Assembly (NCBI GenBank): GCA_963706575.1
Contig: CAVPNL010000015.1
Coordinates: 128,001 to 192,000, forward strand
DNA: 64,000 nt
Direction of reading: 5' to 3'
Origin: an uncultured delta proteobacterium
GTDB taxonomy: Bacteria > Desulfobacterota > Desulfobacteria > Desulfobacterales > JAHEIW01
Of the stretch, positions 30,175 through 38,798 are shown one piece after another. Position 1 is the stretch's first letter. Every line of letters begins with the position of its first letter. A program made the position numbers and the translations under genes. Below the pieces are notes generated by a model, which searched no databases, was not told the origin of the DNA, and saw only the letters and a list, made by a program, of their open reading frames with translations.

Positions 30175-31629
30175 ATGTCACTGCCATTAATGAAAAATTA
30201 CATCAACGGTGAATGGGTGGAATCCAACTCTAAAACGATGGGGGATGTATGGAACCCGGCCCAGGGAGAAAAAATCGCCCAGGTCGCCTACGGAACCAGC
30301 GAAGACGTTGATAAGGCCGTCAAAGCCGCCAAAGATGCTTACTGGGAATGGCGCACCACGCCGCCGCTGACGCGTGCCCGTTATTTGTTCAGGCTCAAAG
30401 ATGCCTTTGAGGAAAATTTCGAGGATATCGCCCGGGTTCTGACCACCGAGCAGGGTAAGTGCATCGACGAAGCGCGCGGCGAAGTCCGGCGCATGATCGA
30501 AAATGTTGAGCATGCCACCGGTGTCACCACACTGATGACCGGCTATACGCTGGAAGACATCGCCAAAGACATCGATTGCATGGGCCATCGCCAGCCGCTG
30601 GGCGTTTTCGCAGCCATTGTTCCGTATAACTTCCCGGGAATGGTGGCCTGGTGGTTTTTGCCATATGCCATTGTCTGCGGCAACACTTTTATTGTCAAGC
30701 CATCCGAACAGGTTCCCATGACCCAGACCAAAATCTTTGAGATCATCGATGAGGTCGGTTTCCCCGAAGGCGTTGTCAACATGGTCCACGGCTCCCGCGA
30801 CGTCGTCAATGGGTTGCTGGATCATCCGGACATTGAAGGCATCTCTTTTGTGGGATCCACACCCACGGCAAAATATATCTACCAGCGCTGCGGTGCAACC
30901 GGCAAACGGGTTCAGGCGCTGGGCGGAGCCAAAAACATCGTGGCGGTCATGCCGGATGCCGAACTGGAAGCGTCCATGCCCTCCATGATCACTTCGTTTT
31001 ACGGATGTACGGGGCAGCGCTGTCTGTCCGGATCGGTGCTGGTGCCGGTGGGAGACGTTGCCGACGAGCTGGTTGAAAAATTTACATCTGCGGCCAAGGT
31101 GATGAAAGTCGGCAGCGGCCTGGATGAACAGTCCGGTATGGGACCCCTGGCAACAGCAGCCCATAAAGAAAAAGTATTGGGCTACATCGAAAAAGGTATC
31201 GAAGAAGGCGCGGATCTGGTTATGGACGGGCGCGATTTTAAAGTCGCTGAATATCCGAACGGGTTTTTTGTTGGACCGACACTCTTTGACAATGTCAAAC
31301 CCGATATGACCATCGCCAAAGAAGAAATCTTCGGCCCGGTGGTCAGTGTAGTGCGCGCCAAAGATCTGGATGAGGTCATCAACCTGATCAACACGCGCGG
31401 TTTTGCCAACGCGGCCTGTATTTACACCAACGATGGAGCCACCGCCCGCGAATTCAAATACCGCGTCATACCGAGCATGGTGGGCATCAATATCGGTATC
31501 GCTGCTCCGATGAGCTTTTTCCCGTTTGGTGGTTCCGGAAATTCGATGTTTGGCGACACCAAAGCGCACGGACAGGAGATCTTTAACTTTTTTACGGATA
31601 CCAAAGTCGTCATACAACGCTGGTTCTAA
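30175..31629 (+). CDS. mmsA: CoA-acylating (methyl)malonate-semialdehyde dehydrogenase
   Basis: PYNFP, KPSE, ISFVGST, KRVQALGGAKN, GCTGQRCLS, EEIFGPV and GINIGIAAPMSFFPFGG motifs. Confidence 0.93.
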   Translation: MSLPLMKNYINGEWVESNSKTMGDVWNPAQGEKIAQVAYGTSEDVDKAVKAAKDAYWEWRTTPPLTRARYLFRLKDAFEENFEDIARVLTTEQGKCIDEARGEVRRMIENVEHATGVTTLMTGYTLEDIAKDIDCMGHRQPLGVFAAIVPYNFPGMVAWWFLPYAIVCGNTFIVKPSEQVPMTQTKIFEIIDEVGFPEGVVNMVHGSRDVVNGLLDHPDIEGISFVGSTPTAKYIYQRCGATGKRVQALGGAKNIVAVMPDAELEASMPSMITSFYGCTGQRCLSGSVLVPVGDVADELVEKFTSAAKVMKVGSGLDEQSGMGPLATAAHKEKVLGYIEKGIEEGADLVMDGRDFKVAEYPNGFFVGPTLFDNVKPDMTIAKEEIFGPVVSVVRAKDLDEVINLINTRGFANAACIYTNDGATAREFKYRVIPSMVGINIGIAAPMSFFPFGGSGNSMFGDTKAHGQEIFNFFTDTKVVIQRWF

Positions 31630-31771
31630 ATTGGTTTTAAAAACTCATCTAACGCCCGCTGGCCGCGTTGCGAACCGGTCCGAAATACTCACGTACTATC
31701 GTGTAGGCTCCGTTTCCGAACCGGTTCGCGCCTTACCATCGGACATGATTTAAGCTTTTAAAACCAATTTA
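31627..31771 (+). mobile_element. Stop-codon-anchored palindromic element, copy 4
   Basis: Perfect 16 bp inverted repeat TAAATTGGTTTTAAAA / TTTTAAAACCAATTTA; core AAATACTCACGTAC..GTAGGCTCCG. Confidence 0.85.
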
Positions 31772-31797
31772 ACTATTTTTTTTAAGGAGAGGAAATC

Positions 31798-32226
31798 ATG
31801 CCTCTGGAGAATTTTGGAAGTATACTCAATTTTGCGGAAGAGCTGGAGCTGCAGGATCTGGGGTTTTACAAAACCGTGGCGGAGAATCCGGCCTGCGCCG
31901 ATCATAAGCAACTGTTTAAAGAATTTGCAGCGGCCATCGACAAAAATGTCAAAACCGTGCAGCGAACCCGCCGCGAAAATGTGACCGAAATGATTCTGGA
32001 ACCGATCAAGGATTTCATTCGGGCGCCTTTTTGTGAAGAATGTGACGGCGCCGGCTCGATGAGCGCTGCCGAAGCAGTTGATGCGGCCCGCCGCCTGGAA
32101 GACCGCGCGGTTCGTTACTACACCGAAGCTGCAGTAAAAATCAAAGCCCAGCCTGAGGTGGCGCGCGCCTTGAAGACCGTCGGGAAAAAGCATATTGCCC
32201 ATCTCAATAAGCTCAAGGAAATGTAA
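31798..32226 (+). CDS. Ferritin-like / rubrerythrin-like four-helix protein
   Basis: ILNFAEELE..FY and AARRLEDRAVRYY helix-pair repeats; RBS AAGGAG. Confidence 0.7.
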   Translation: MPLENFGSILNFAEELELQDLGFYKTVAENPACADHKQLFKEFAAAIDKNVKTVQRTRRENVTEMILEPIKDFIRAPFCEECDGAGSMSAAEAVDAARRLEDRAVRYYTEAAVKIKAQPEVARALKTVGKKHIAHLNKLKEM

Positions 32227-32365
32227 GTAAAGCGGATGAACCATTCAGCCTGATTCGTAAAACCACCTGACAGGCTTTGCTAAAAGGGCGCTCAGGCAGA
32301 TTGAACCGCCTTTCTTTTGGGAGGCGATATACAGGCAAACCCATATCAAAAAAGGAGCAGGCAAA

Positions 32366-33745
32366 ATGAGTGAAGCGGTCGAAAAAATCAAAGCGTTGAC
32401 GGATCACACCTACGGCACCTGGAATCGCCAGTCGGGCTGGAAAACGCCCATGCTGGTTACCGATGCCGAAGGGATTTATTTTTACAACGCGGATGGAAAG
32501 CCGTTCATCGATTTTTCTTCACAATTGATGTGCTCGAACCTGGGGCACAAGAACAAGGCCATTATCGAGGCGATTGTCAAGCAGGCTGAAAAACTGCCCT
32601 ATGCCGCTCCGGGATTTGTCACCGAGGCTTCCATCGCCGCGGTGGAAGCGCTTAAAACGGTGGTGCCGGAGCCGATCAACCAGTTCTTTTTCTCAACCAG
32701 CGGGACAGAAGCCAACGACGGCGCCCTGATAATGACGCGTCAAAGCAAGGCACCGGCCTATAAAATCATATCCCGCTACCACTCCTACCACGGGGCCACC
32801 TCCGGCGGGCTGTCATTTACAGGCGACCCGCGCCGCTGGCCGGCCGAGCAGGCACGCTATACGGTGCAGGGCGTTCGGTTTGCACCGGATAATTATTGCT
32901 ATCGGTGCCCGTTCAAAATGGACTATCCGCAATGCGACATCCAGTGTGCCCGCTACCTGGATTATATGATCAAGGAAGAGGGCAATGTGGCCGCATTTAT
33001 TGTTGAGCCGGTTGTCGGAACTAACGGCCGCATCGTGCCGCCGCCGGAGTATTTTCCGATTGTTCGCCAGATATGCGATGAAAACGATGTGCTGCTGATT
33101 GCAGATGAAGTGATGTCCGGCTGGTTCCGGACCGGTACGGCTTTTGCCATGCAGAACTGGAAGGTTGCTCCAGACATCATGACAACCGCCAAAGGCGCCA
33201 GCAATGCATACACCCCGGTGGCGATCACCATGACCACCGAAAAAGTCAAAAGCCATTTCGAAGATGAGTTTTTCTGCCACGGCCACACCTATGCCTATCA
33301 CGCACTGGCAGCTTCGGCGATTCCCGCAGCCGTCGCAGAATATGACAAATTATTCAAATCCGGCTTGCCCCAGAAAACCGCACAGCATCTGCAGAAAAAG
33401 CTTTATGAAATGGGCGATAAGCACATCTGCGTCGGTGACGTCCGCGGTATCGGGCATTTCTGGGCGTTGGAAATCGTTAAAAACCGCGAAACCAAAGAGC
33501 CCTTTGACTACAAGGCCGACAAATTGAGCGGCAAAGCGCTGATGACCGGGCAGATTGCCGGAGATGCCATGAAACAGGGTTTGTATATGGCCCCCTGGTA
33601 TGACACCCTGGTGATTGCGCCGCCGCTGATCATCACCGAAGATCAGATCGATGAAGCTGTGGATATTCTCGATAAAGCGTTAAAAATCGGCGATGAACAG
33701 GCAGTTGAAACCGATGTGGCGGCTTCACATAGCTCTGCATATTAA
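32366..33745 (+). CDS. Class III aminotransferase (probable beta-alanine / omega-amino acid transaminase)
   Basis: IDFSSQLMCSNLGH, SGTEAND, SYHGAT, FIVEP, LIADEVMSGWFRTG, PDIMTTAKG and HGHTY motifs; in the mmsA operon. Confidence 0.92.
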   Translation: MSEAVEKIKALTDHTYGTWNRQSGWKTPMLVTDAEGIYFYNADGKPFIDFSSQLMCSNLGHKNKAIIEAIVKQAEKLPYAAPGFVTEASIAAVEALKTVVPEPINQFFFSTSGTEANDGALIMTRQSKAPAYKIISRYHSYHGATSGGLSFTGDPRRWPAEQARYTVQGVRFAPDNYCYRCPFKMDYPQCDIQCARYLDYMIKEEGNVAAFIVEPVVGTNGRIVPPPEYFPIVRQICDENDVLLIADEVMSGWFRTGTAFAMQNWKVAPDIMTTAKGASNAYTPVAITMTTEKVKSHFEDEFFCHGHTYAYHALAASAIPAAVAEYDKLFKSGLPQKTAQHLQKKLYEMGDKHICVGDVRGIGHFWALEIVKNRETKEPFDYKADKLSGKALMTGQIAGDAMKQGLYMAPWYDTLVIAPPLIITEDQIDEAVDILDKALKIGDEQAVETDVAASHSSAY

Positions 33746-33786
33746 TAATTGACTTTTTTAGCTGAATTTTCCTAAATATGATATAC

Positions 33787-33824
33787 AAAAATAAGCCGGA
33801 AGCTGGTTCCCGGCTTATTTTTTT
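33787..33824 (+). terminator. Intrinsic terminator
   Basis: AAAAATAAGCCGG...CCGGCTTATTTTTTT. Confidence 0.75.
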
Positions 33825-33910
33825 ATATTCAAGATTTGGGGCCAAAATGCCGATGATACAATGGGCACAATTTTCAATGAATTTGAGTATTTGTTAATAA
33901 TCCTTTCAAT

Positions 33911-33939
33911 TTGACACTTTATAGACAGCTTTTTATAAT
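33911..33939 (+). promoter_or_regulatory. Consensus sigma70 promoter of mglA
   Basis: Exact TTGACA-17 nt-TATAAT, ending 9 nt before ATG 33949. Confidence 0.8.
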
Positions 33940-33948
33940 TATTTGATA

Positions 33949-34557
33949 ATGGCTATTATTAATTTGAAAAAACGGGAGGTTGAGTGCAAGATCGTGTATT
34001 ACGGTCCGGGTAGGGGCGGTAAAACATCAAATTTGCAATATATTTTTCAAAAAAGCCGCAAATTAATGACCGATGAAATGGTTTCGATTAAAACCAAAGG
34101 GGACCTGACGCTCTTTTTTGATTTCGTGCCCATGGGTGTAGGAAAAATTAAGGGCTGCGATGTACGGATTCAGCTGTATACGGTGCCGGGCCAGGTAAAG
34201 TACAGCTCTACCCGCAAACTGGTCCTAAAAGGTGCCGACGGCCTGGTATTTGTTGCCGATTCCCTTGAAGTCCGCCATGAAAAAAACCTTCTTTCCCTAA
34301 AAGACCTCGCCTTAAATCTTAAGAGTTACGGCCTGAATATCATGGAAATACCGCTTGTGCTTCAGTACAATAAGCGCGACCTCGCCGCTGAAGGAGTACC
34401 GCTGATGCCGGTCGAAGCAATGGAAAAGGCCTATAATCACCAGCTTAAAGTACCATCCTTTGCCGCCAGCGCCATTACCGGGCAAAATGTGAATGCAACG
34501 TTGAAGGAGTGTCTGGTGCGGACGCTGCGGTCCCTAAAAAAAGAAGCTGGCTGGTAA
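33949..34557 (+). CDS. mglA: MglA-family small GTPase
   Basis: KIVYYGPGRGGKTSN, TLFFDF, QLYTVPGQV, VFVADS and QYNKRDL motifs. Confidence 0.92.
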   Translation: MAIINLKKREVECKIVYYGPGRGGKTSNLQYIFQKSRKLMTDEMVSIKTKGDLTLFFDFVPMGVGKIKGCDVRIQLYTVPGQVKYSSTRKLVLKGADGLVFVADSLEVRHEKNLLSLKDLALNLKSYGLNIMEIPLVLQYNKRDLAAEGVPLMPVEAMEKAYNHQLKVPSFAASAITGQNVNATLKECLVRTLRSLKKEAGW

Positions 34558-34703
34558 AACTTGACCCTAAATGCCCATCTTTCGCCCGATGGCGGTGTTC
34601 CGATCCACTTCAAAATACTCACGTACTCACGTGTACGCTCCGTTGTTTGAACCGAATCGCGCCTAACCATCGGACAAAATCTGGTCATTTATGATCAAGT
34701 TTA
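34555..34703 (+). mobile_element. Stop-codon-anchored palindromic element, copy 5
   Basis: AAACTTGACCCTAAATG / CATTTATGATCAAGTTT inverted repeat; core AAAATACTCACGTACTCACGTGTACGCTCCG. Confidence 0.8.
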
Positions 34704-34779
34704 TCTTTTTTCTGAAAGAAGAAAATCGGCAGATTGGAGTTGTGAGGGTTTGAAGCCTTGATTGCTTTGGTTGATTCAC

Positions 34780-35826
34780 TTATGAGTCTTTAAATTCACG
34801 GCGGAAGACCTTGCCGGATCCCATCATGACGCTGATCGGATGCAATGTTTGAATATTTTCACAAACGATTTTAACTGCCGCCGCGATCGGGATTGAAAGC
34901 AGCGCCCCGACAATACCCCACAACCAACCCCAGAATAGAAGAGATAGCAAAACCACTACCGGGCTTAAGTTCAACTGATCCCCCAGGATCTTGGGCGCCA
35001 AGGCGTTTCCCATGCCCATCTGAATGGTGGCCACCGATAAAAGGGTGATCGCAGCAGGCCAAAAAGAGGGATAGAATTGAACCAGCGCAAGCAAAACAGG
35101 AGGTATAGAAGCGACTATCGAACCGACCGTTGGAATAAAATTAAGGAAAAACGCCAGCGCTCCCCAGGTCACAGCAAAATCCACCCCGATAAATTCCAGC
35201 GCCAGCCATACCAGAACGCCGGTAGTAAAGCTGATCAAAAACTGCAGTGAAAGATAGCGCCGGATCTGTCCGGTAATTGAAAAGGTAATACGGGCAATCT
35301 GGTCGGCATCTTCGGATGAAAAAGATTTAAGAATTTTATAACGGAAAAAGGGTTTGCCCAGTAAGATGAAGAAAAGGAATATGATTACCAGAACCAGCTG
35401 GGAGACAAAGGCGAAAATGGACCGCGAAAAGGATGCCAGAAAGCGCCCGATGTTCTGCCCCCAGTTGATGCCTGCGAGGGGATCAAACTCCAGATTCCAT
35501 TTGCTGGTTACCAGAGTAATCAGATCCGTGAATCGCGCATGGTATCTCGGATAGGCTTCGACAAACGCCGCAAACCGGGCATACAAAAATGTGCCGGATA
35601 AATAAAAAATACCGAGCAAAACAACGATGATGATTAAAACGGCCAGCGTTGTCGGTATTTTGCGGGCAGTCATGAAATTGATCGCCGGACCGATAAGAAA
35701 GGACAGCAGCCAGGCAATGATTAGAGGAAGAATGACCGATTGGGCGGTTTTTAACACAGCCCCTACAGCAACCATCACCAGGATGCCCAGAAAGATAAAC
35801 GTAATCTTGCCTCTATCAAATTCCAT
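34780..35826 (-). CDS. AI-2E family transporter
   Basis: AFFLNFIPTVGS, PKILGDQLNLSP and FWGWLWGIVGALLSIP motifs. Confidence 0.93.
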   Translation of the reverse strand: MEFDRGKITFIFLGILVMVAVGAVLKTAQSVILPLIIAWLLSFLIGPAINFMTARKIPTTLAVLIIIVVLLGIFYLSGTFLYARFAAFVEAYPRYHARFTDLITLVTSKWNLEFDPLAGINWGQNIGRFLASFSRSIFAFVSQLVLVIIFLFFILLGKPFFRYKILKSFSSEDADQIARITFSITGQIRRYLSLQFLISFTTGVLVWLALEFIGVDFAVTWGALAFFLNFIPTVGSIVASIPPVLLALVQFYPSFWPAAITLLSVATIQMGMGNALAPKILGDQLNLSPVVVLLSLLFWGWLWGIVGALLSIPIAAAVKIVCENIQTLHPISVMMGSGKVFRREFKDS

Positions 35827-35982
35827 CGTAAACTTTATATCAATTCAACCGGCGGATTAATTTCAGCCCACATTATCTTAAGCCTGCCCATTGGGTCAAC
35901 TGCAAAGTGGCAGGCTTTTTCTCAAATTAAATTTAGAACCTATCTCAAAATTTCACTATAGAATCATATACCCTAATTCAAC

Positions 35983-36139
35983 GAGTGACTAAAGTGAACT
36001 AAAGTTGGGAGTGACTAAAGTTTAGGTGTCGCTTCGCTCCGCCATTTATAAAAATAGATCGTTCGACCCAGAGGCTCTCGACGGGCAGAAAGCCTTAACT
36101 CTAGTCATTTTAGCTCACTTTAGTCACTTTAGGCACTTT
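35983..36139. repeat. Complete AAAGTG(A/C)CT inverted tandem-repeat element
   Basis: GAGTGACTAAAGTGAACTAAAGT...AGTGACTAAAGT ... TTTAGCTCACTTTAGTCACTTTAGGCACTTT. Confidence 0.85.
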
Positions 36140-36142
36140 GTT

Positions 36143-36889
36143 TTAGAACTTTTTGGCGGCCTCCTTTAAAAGCTCCCGCACCGCCGGATTGAACCAGCAG
36201 TCCAGAAACCTATCGGCATCCGCGCTGCCCATTTCTTCAAATCTGGATCTTACCGCCTCAATGCGGTTATTTTTAACTACCCTAATTCCGTATGGCGGCA
36301 AGGCGGCCAATTCCGCAATTTTAGCGACAGCCTTTTCTTCCAGATCTTCCGAATCAAAGACATCATCAACCAGACCGATTCCTTTCGCCTCTTCGGGCTC
36401 AACAAATTTCCCGCTAAACATCATATCAGTAGCGCATCGATCGCCTATGATTTGCCTCAACATTAGATCGGCTATATAGGGGACGGGCACGCCAATTTTG
36501 ACTTCGTTAAAACCGATGAATCTGCGGCCTGAGGATACGAAGCGGAAGTCGGAAGTCAGGGCAAAAATGGCGCCACCGGCAGTGGCATGGCCATTAATGG
36601 CGCAGGCGGTGGGCACCGGCAGGGTATAAAGATCGAAAATCGCCTGTTCAAACCGGACATAGAATTCGGTCATATCCGGTTGGTCTAATTCGAGCAGCGC
36701 CGGCAAATCCAGGCCGATGCAGAAAAACTTTTCCCCACCGGCCAAAACCATTCCGTTATATTCGCTCTTTATAATGTTTAGTGCTCCTACTAAATCATCC
36801 GCCAATTCAGGACTGATAGCGTTGGTAACACCATTGTTTAATCGCAAAACGGCTACGGCATCATGTGCCTCGAGATTTACTTTAGACAT
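36143..36889 (-). CDS. Enoyl-CoA hydratase/isomerase family protein
   Basis: FFCIGLDL, AINGHATAGG, IGFNEVKIG and EAKGIGLVD motifs. Confidence 0.93.
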   Translation of the reverse strand: MSKVNLEAHDAVAVLRLNNGVTNAISPELADDLVGALNIIKSEYNGMVLAGGEKFFCIGLDLPALLELDQPDMTEFYVRFEQAIFDLYTLPVPTACAINGHATAGGAIFALTSDFRFVSSGRRFIGFNEVKIGVPVPYIADLMLRQIIGDRCATDMMFSGKFVEPEEAKGIGLVDDVFDSEDLEEKAVAKIAELAALPPYGIRVVKNNRIEAVRSRFEEMGSADADRFLDCWFNPAVRELLKEAAKKF

Positions 36890-36940
36890 GGTTCCTCCTT
36901 AAATTATCTAACCAGCAGGGGATGGTAATGAACTGTAAAA

Positions 36941-37252
36941 CTAGTTTTGTTTTATGGATACGTCCAATATCTTGACCGGCTTATCGGAAGTTTTCCAGCC
37001 ATGCTTTATACCCGCAGGAGCAAAATAGGTTTCATTTTCTGCCAATATCTTATGCTCATCTCCGATAAACATTTCAATCTGACCCTGCACAACAATTCCG
37101 CATTGTTCAAAAGGATGCGCATGGCCGGAATCTTCCTGATGAGCCTCAATTTCCATACAGGCCATTATCAGCCCGTCGCCGATTTCGGCTTTGCTGAATA
37201 TTCCGGGCCGAAATGCTTCCAGTTTCAAATTCTTCAAATTCCAAAATGACAC
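36941..37252 (-). CDS. Cupin domain protein
   Basis: GHAHPFEQ ... APAGIKHG two-motif cupin. Confidence 0.88.
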   Translation of the reverse strand: MSFWNLKNLKLEAFRPGIFSKAEIGDGLIMACMEIEAHQEDSGHAHPFEQCGIVVQGQIEMFIGDEHKILAENETYFAPAGIKHGWKTSDKPVKILDVSIKQN

Positions 37253-37290
37253 TTTTCCCCCCTATCCGAATAAACCTGGAAAAATTTTAA

Positions 37291-37677
37291 TTATGCGACG
37301 ATCTTTTTGATCTCCTCTAAAATTCCTGAAAGGCCAAGGCCTGCTTTTTCCGCGACCACTAAATCCGCACCGGGAAATACGCGCTCGATGTTCACTTCCA
37401 CGATTTTGGCACCTTTCTGCTGAGCCAATACAGGCAGAGAAGCTGCCGGTTGAACCACCGCCGAGGTGCCGATGACCAGCATCAGTTTGCAGGTTGCCGA
37501 TTCATGATAGGCGGTTTCTAAAGCGCCTTCCGGCATAGGATCATATTTCTCCCACAAACCGCCTTTGGAGCGAAACGTCGGAATGCCGCTTTCAGCTGAA
37601 ATCCCGGCACCGGTTAAGGCCACACATGGCTTCAGTTTCACCATTAAATTGGCAATCTCTTGGTAAATGGCATTCAT
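37291..37677 (-). pseudogene. Sir2/CobB-family deacylase with a large in-frame internal deletion
   Basis: [20 protein letters not shown] is joined almost directly to [20 protein letters not shown]; the QNID, catalytic HG and Zn-Cys region is missing. Confidence 0.75.
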
Positions 37678-37773
37678 AAAGAACAAGCACCCAATGCAAT
37701 TTTGTTTTCATCATCGCGCGCCGGAAATAGCTCACTGGATTTTTCAATCAGGGTGAGGCCGGTAATCTTAATC

Positions 37774-38097
37774 CTAAACCACCAGCGCCGCCATGTCTCT
37801 TCCAAATAGGCCGATCCGGTCCCCCGATTTGACCGCGACTTCCAGATTCCAATCAAGCGGGTCTTCGTTAACCTGCTGATACCTCATCCAATATGCCATT
37901 TTACTGCGGGAAGCGAGCAGCTTGGAGTTGAGAAATATCGTATAAATTTCATCAAGCGAGATTCCGATCCGAGCCAAAAGTTGCTGCAGTGTTTCTTCTG
38001 GCTGAGGAGCAATCCGCATTAGATTGTCATGACCCGCTTCGGGTTCTTTGACAAAATGGCGAAGCTTACCATACAGACGAATATCAACCATTTCCAT
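37774..38097 (-). CDS. MoaD/ThiS-like beta-grasp protein (no C-terminal GG)
   Basis: VDIRLYGKLR, ETLQQLLARIGI, IFLN and VKSGDRIGLF; the longer start in the ORF track overlaps the upstream selenoprotein gene. Confidence 0.7.
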   Translation of the reverse strand: MEMVDIRLYGKLRHFVKEPEAGHDNLMRIAPQPEETLQQLLARIGISLDEIYTIFLNSKLLASRSKMAYWMRYQQVNEDPLDWNLEVAVKSGDRIGLFGRDMAALVV

Positions 38098-38180
38098 TGT
38101 CTTTCTATCGGTCCAAGCAAATAATACTCGATCTCCAGTAGCTGCTGTCCGGCACAGAAGCCAGCTGCCAGAAGCCAGGA

Positions 38181-38654
38181 TTAGACATCTTCCATCTTTA
38201 GTTCGGTCGTAATATCGATACTGCCCTTGATCGACCGGGCAACCGGGCAAAAATCAGCGTGGAATCCATGGACTTTTTGAGCGGTTTCCTGCTGATCCGA
38301 TTTTAATTTTAGATGATAGGTTACATGAATCCGGCGGATGACCAGCACCTTGCCGTCTTTTTCAATCTCTCCCCTTGCCTCTGAAATCAGTCGGCCCTCA
38401 CCGGCCGGAATTTCGCGCGCTTCCAGCGCGCCACCAAAGGTGCCGGTCAGTCAGCCGGCCGCGGCGGCGACAACATAATCCAGCGTGGTGGCATGGGGTT
38501 CGTGGACCTGAGGGTCAACGCCGTAGTGCTCGGCGATCTCGGAATGAACGCCAAACAGCACCGGTTCATCTTCCTGGGGTAAATAAGCCCGACGCAAAGG
38601 GCCTTTGACCCGTTCAATTTTTACCTTGGATGTATAGACAACTTGATCGCTCAT
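38181..38654 (-). CDS. OsmC/Ohr-like selenoprotein (157 aa, Sec at in-frame TGA 38453-38451)
   Basis: The frame stays open for 89 more codons after the TGA: ...DYVVAAAAG-U-LTGTFGGALEARE...IRRIHVTYHL...ADFCPVARSIKG...EDV-TAA. RBS AAAGGAGG. SECIS-like hairpin just downstream of the TGA. Confidence 0.88.
38400..38450 (-). promoter_or_regulatory. Bacterial SECIS-like element
   Basis: GCGCGCT-GGA-AGCGCGC hairpin (38431-38415) starting 19 nt after the UGA; lower stem ACCGGC/GCCGGT. Confidence 0.75.
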
Positions 38655-38677
38655 AGGGCCTCCTTTATGATTTTTTT

Positions 38678-38792
38678 GCCACGAAAGCACGAAAGAACAG
38701 AAACACGAAAAAAATAAACCCCACGCAAAGACGCTAAGACGCCAAATTTTTTAAAATATATTTTCTTTGCGATCTTTGCGACTTTGCGTGCG
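38678..38792. repeat. Inverted short-tandem-repeat element(s) (CACGAAA and CGCAAAG / CTTTGCG units)
   Basis: CACGAAAGCACGAAA..CACGAAA; CACGCAAAGACGCTAAGACGCC ... CTTTGCGATCTTTGCGACTTTGCGTG. Confidence 0.75.
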
Positions 38793-38798
38793 AATAAC

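Noticed and set aside
30187..31617. 476 aa minus-strand ORF
   Set aside because: Antisense shadow of mmsA.
38098..38250. N-terminal extension of the 37774-38250 ORF
   Set aside because: It overlaps the 3' end of the selenoprotein gene in another frame; the beta-grasp domain starts at 38097.
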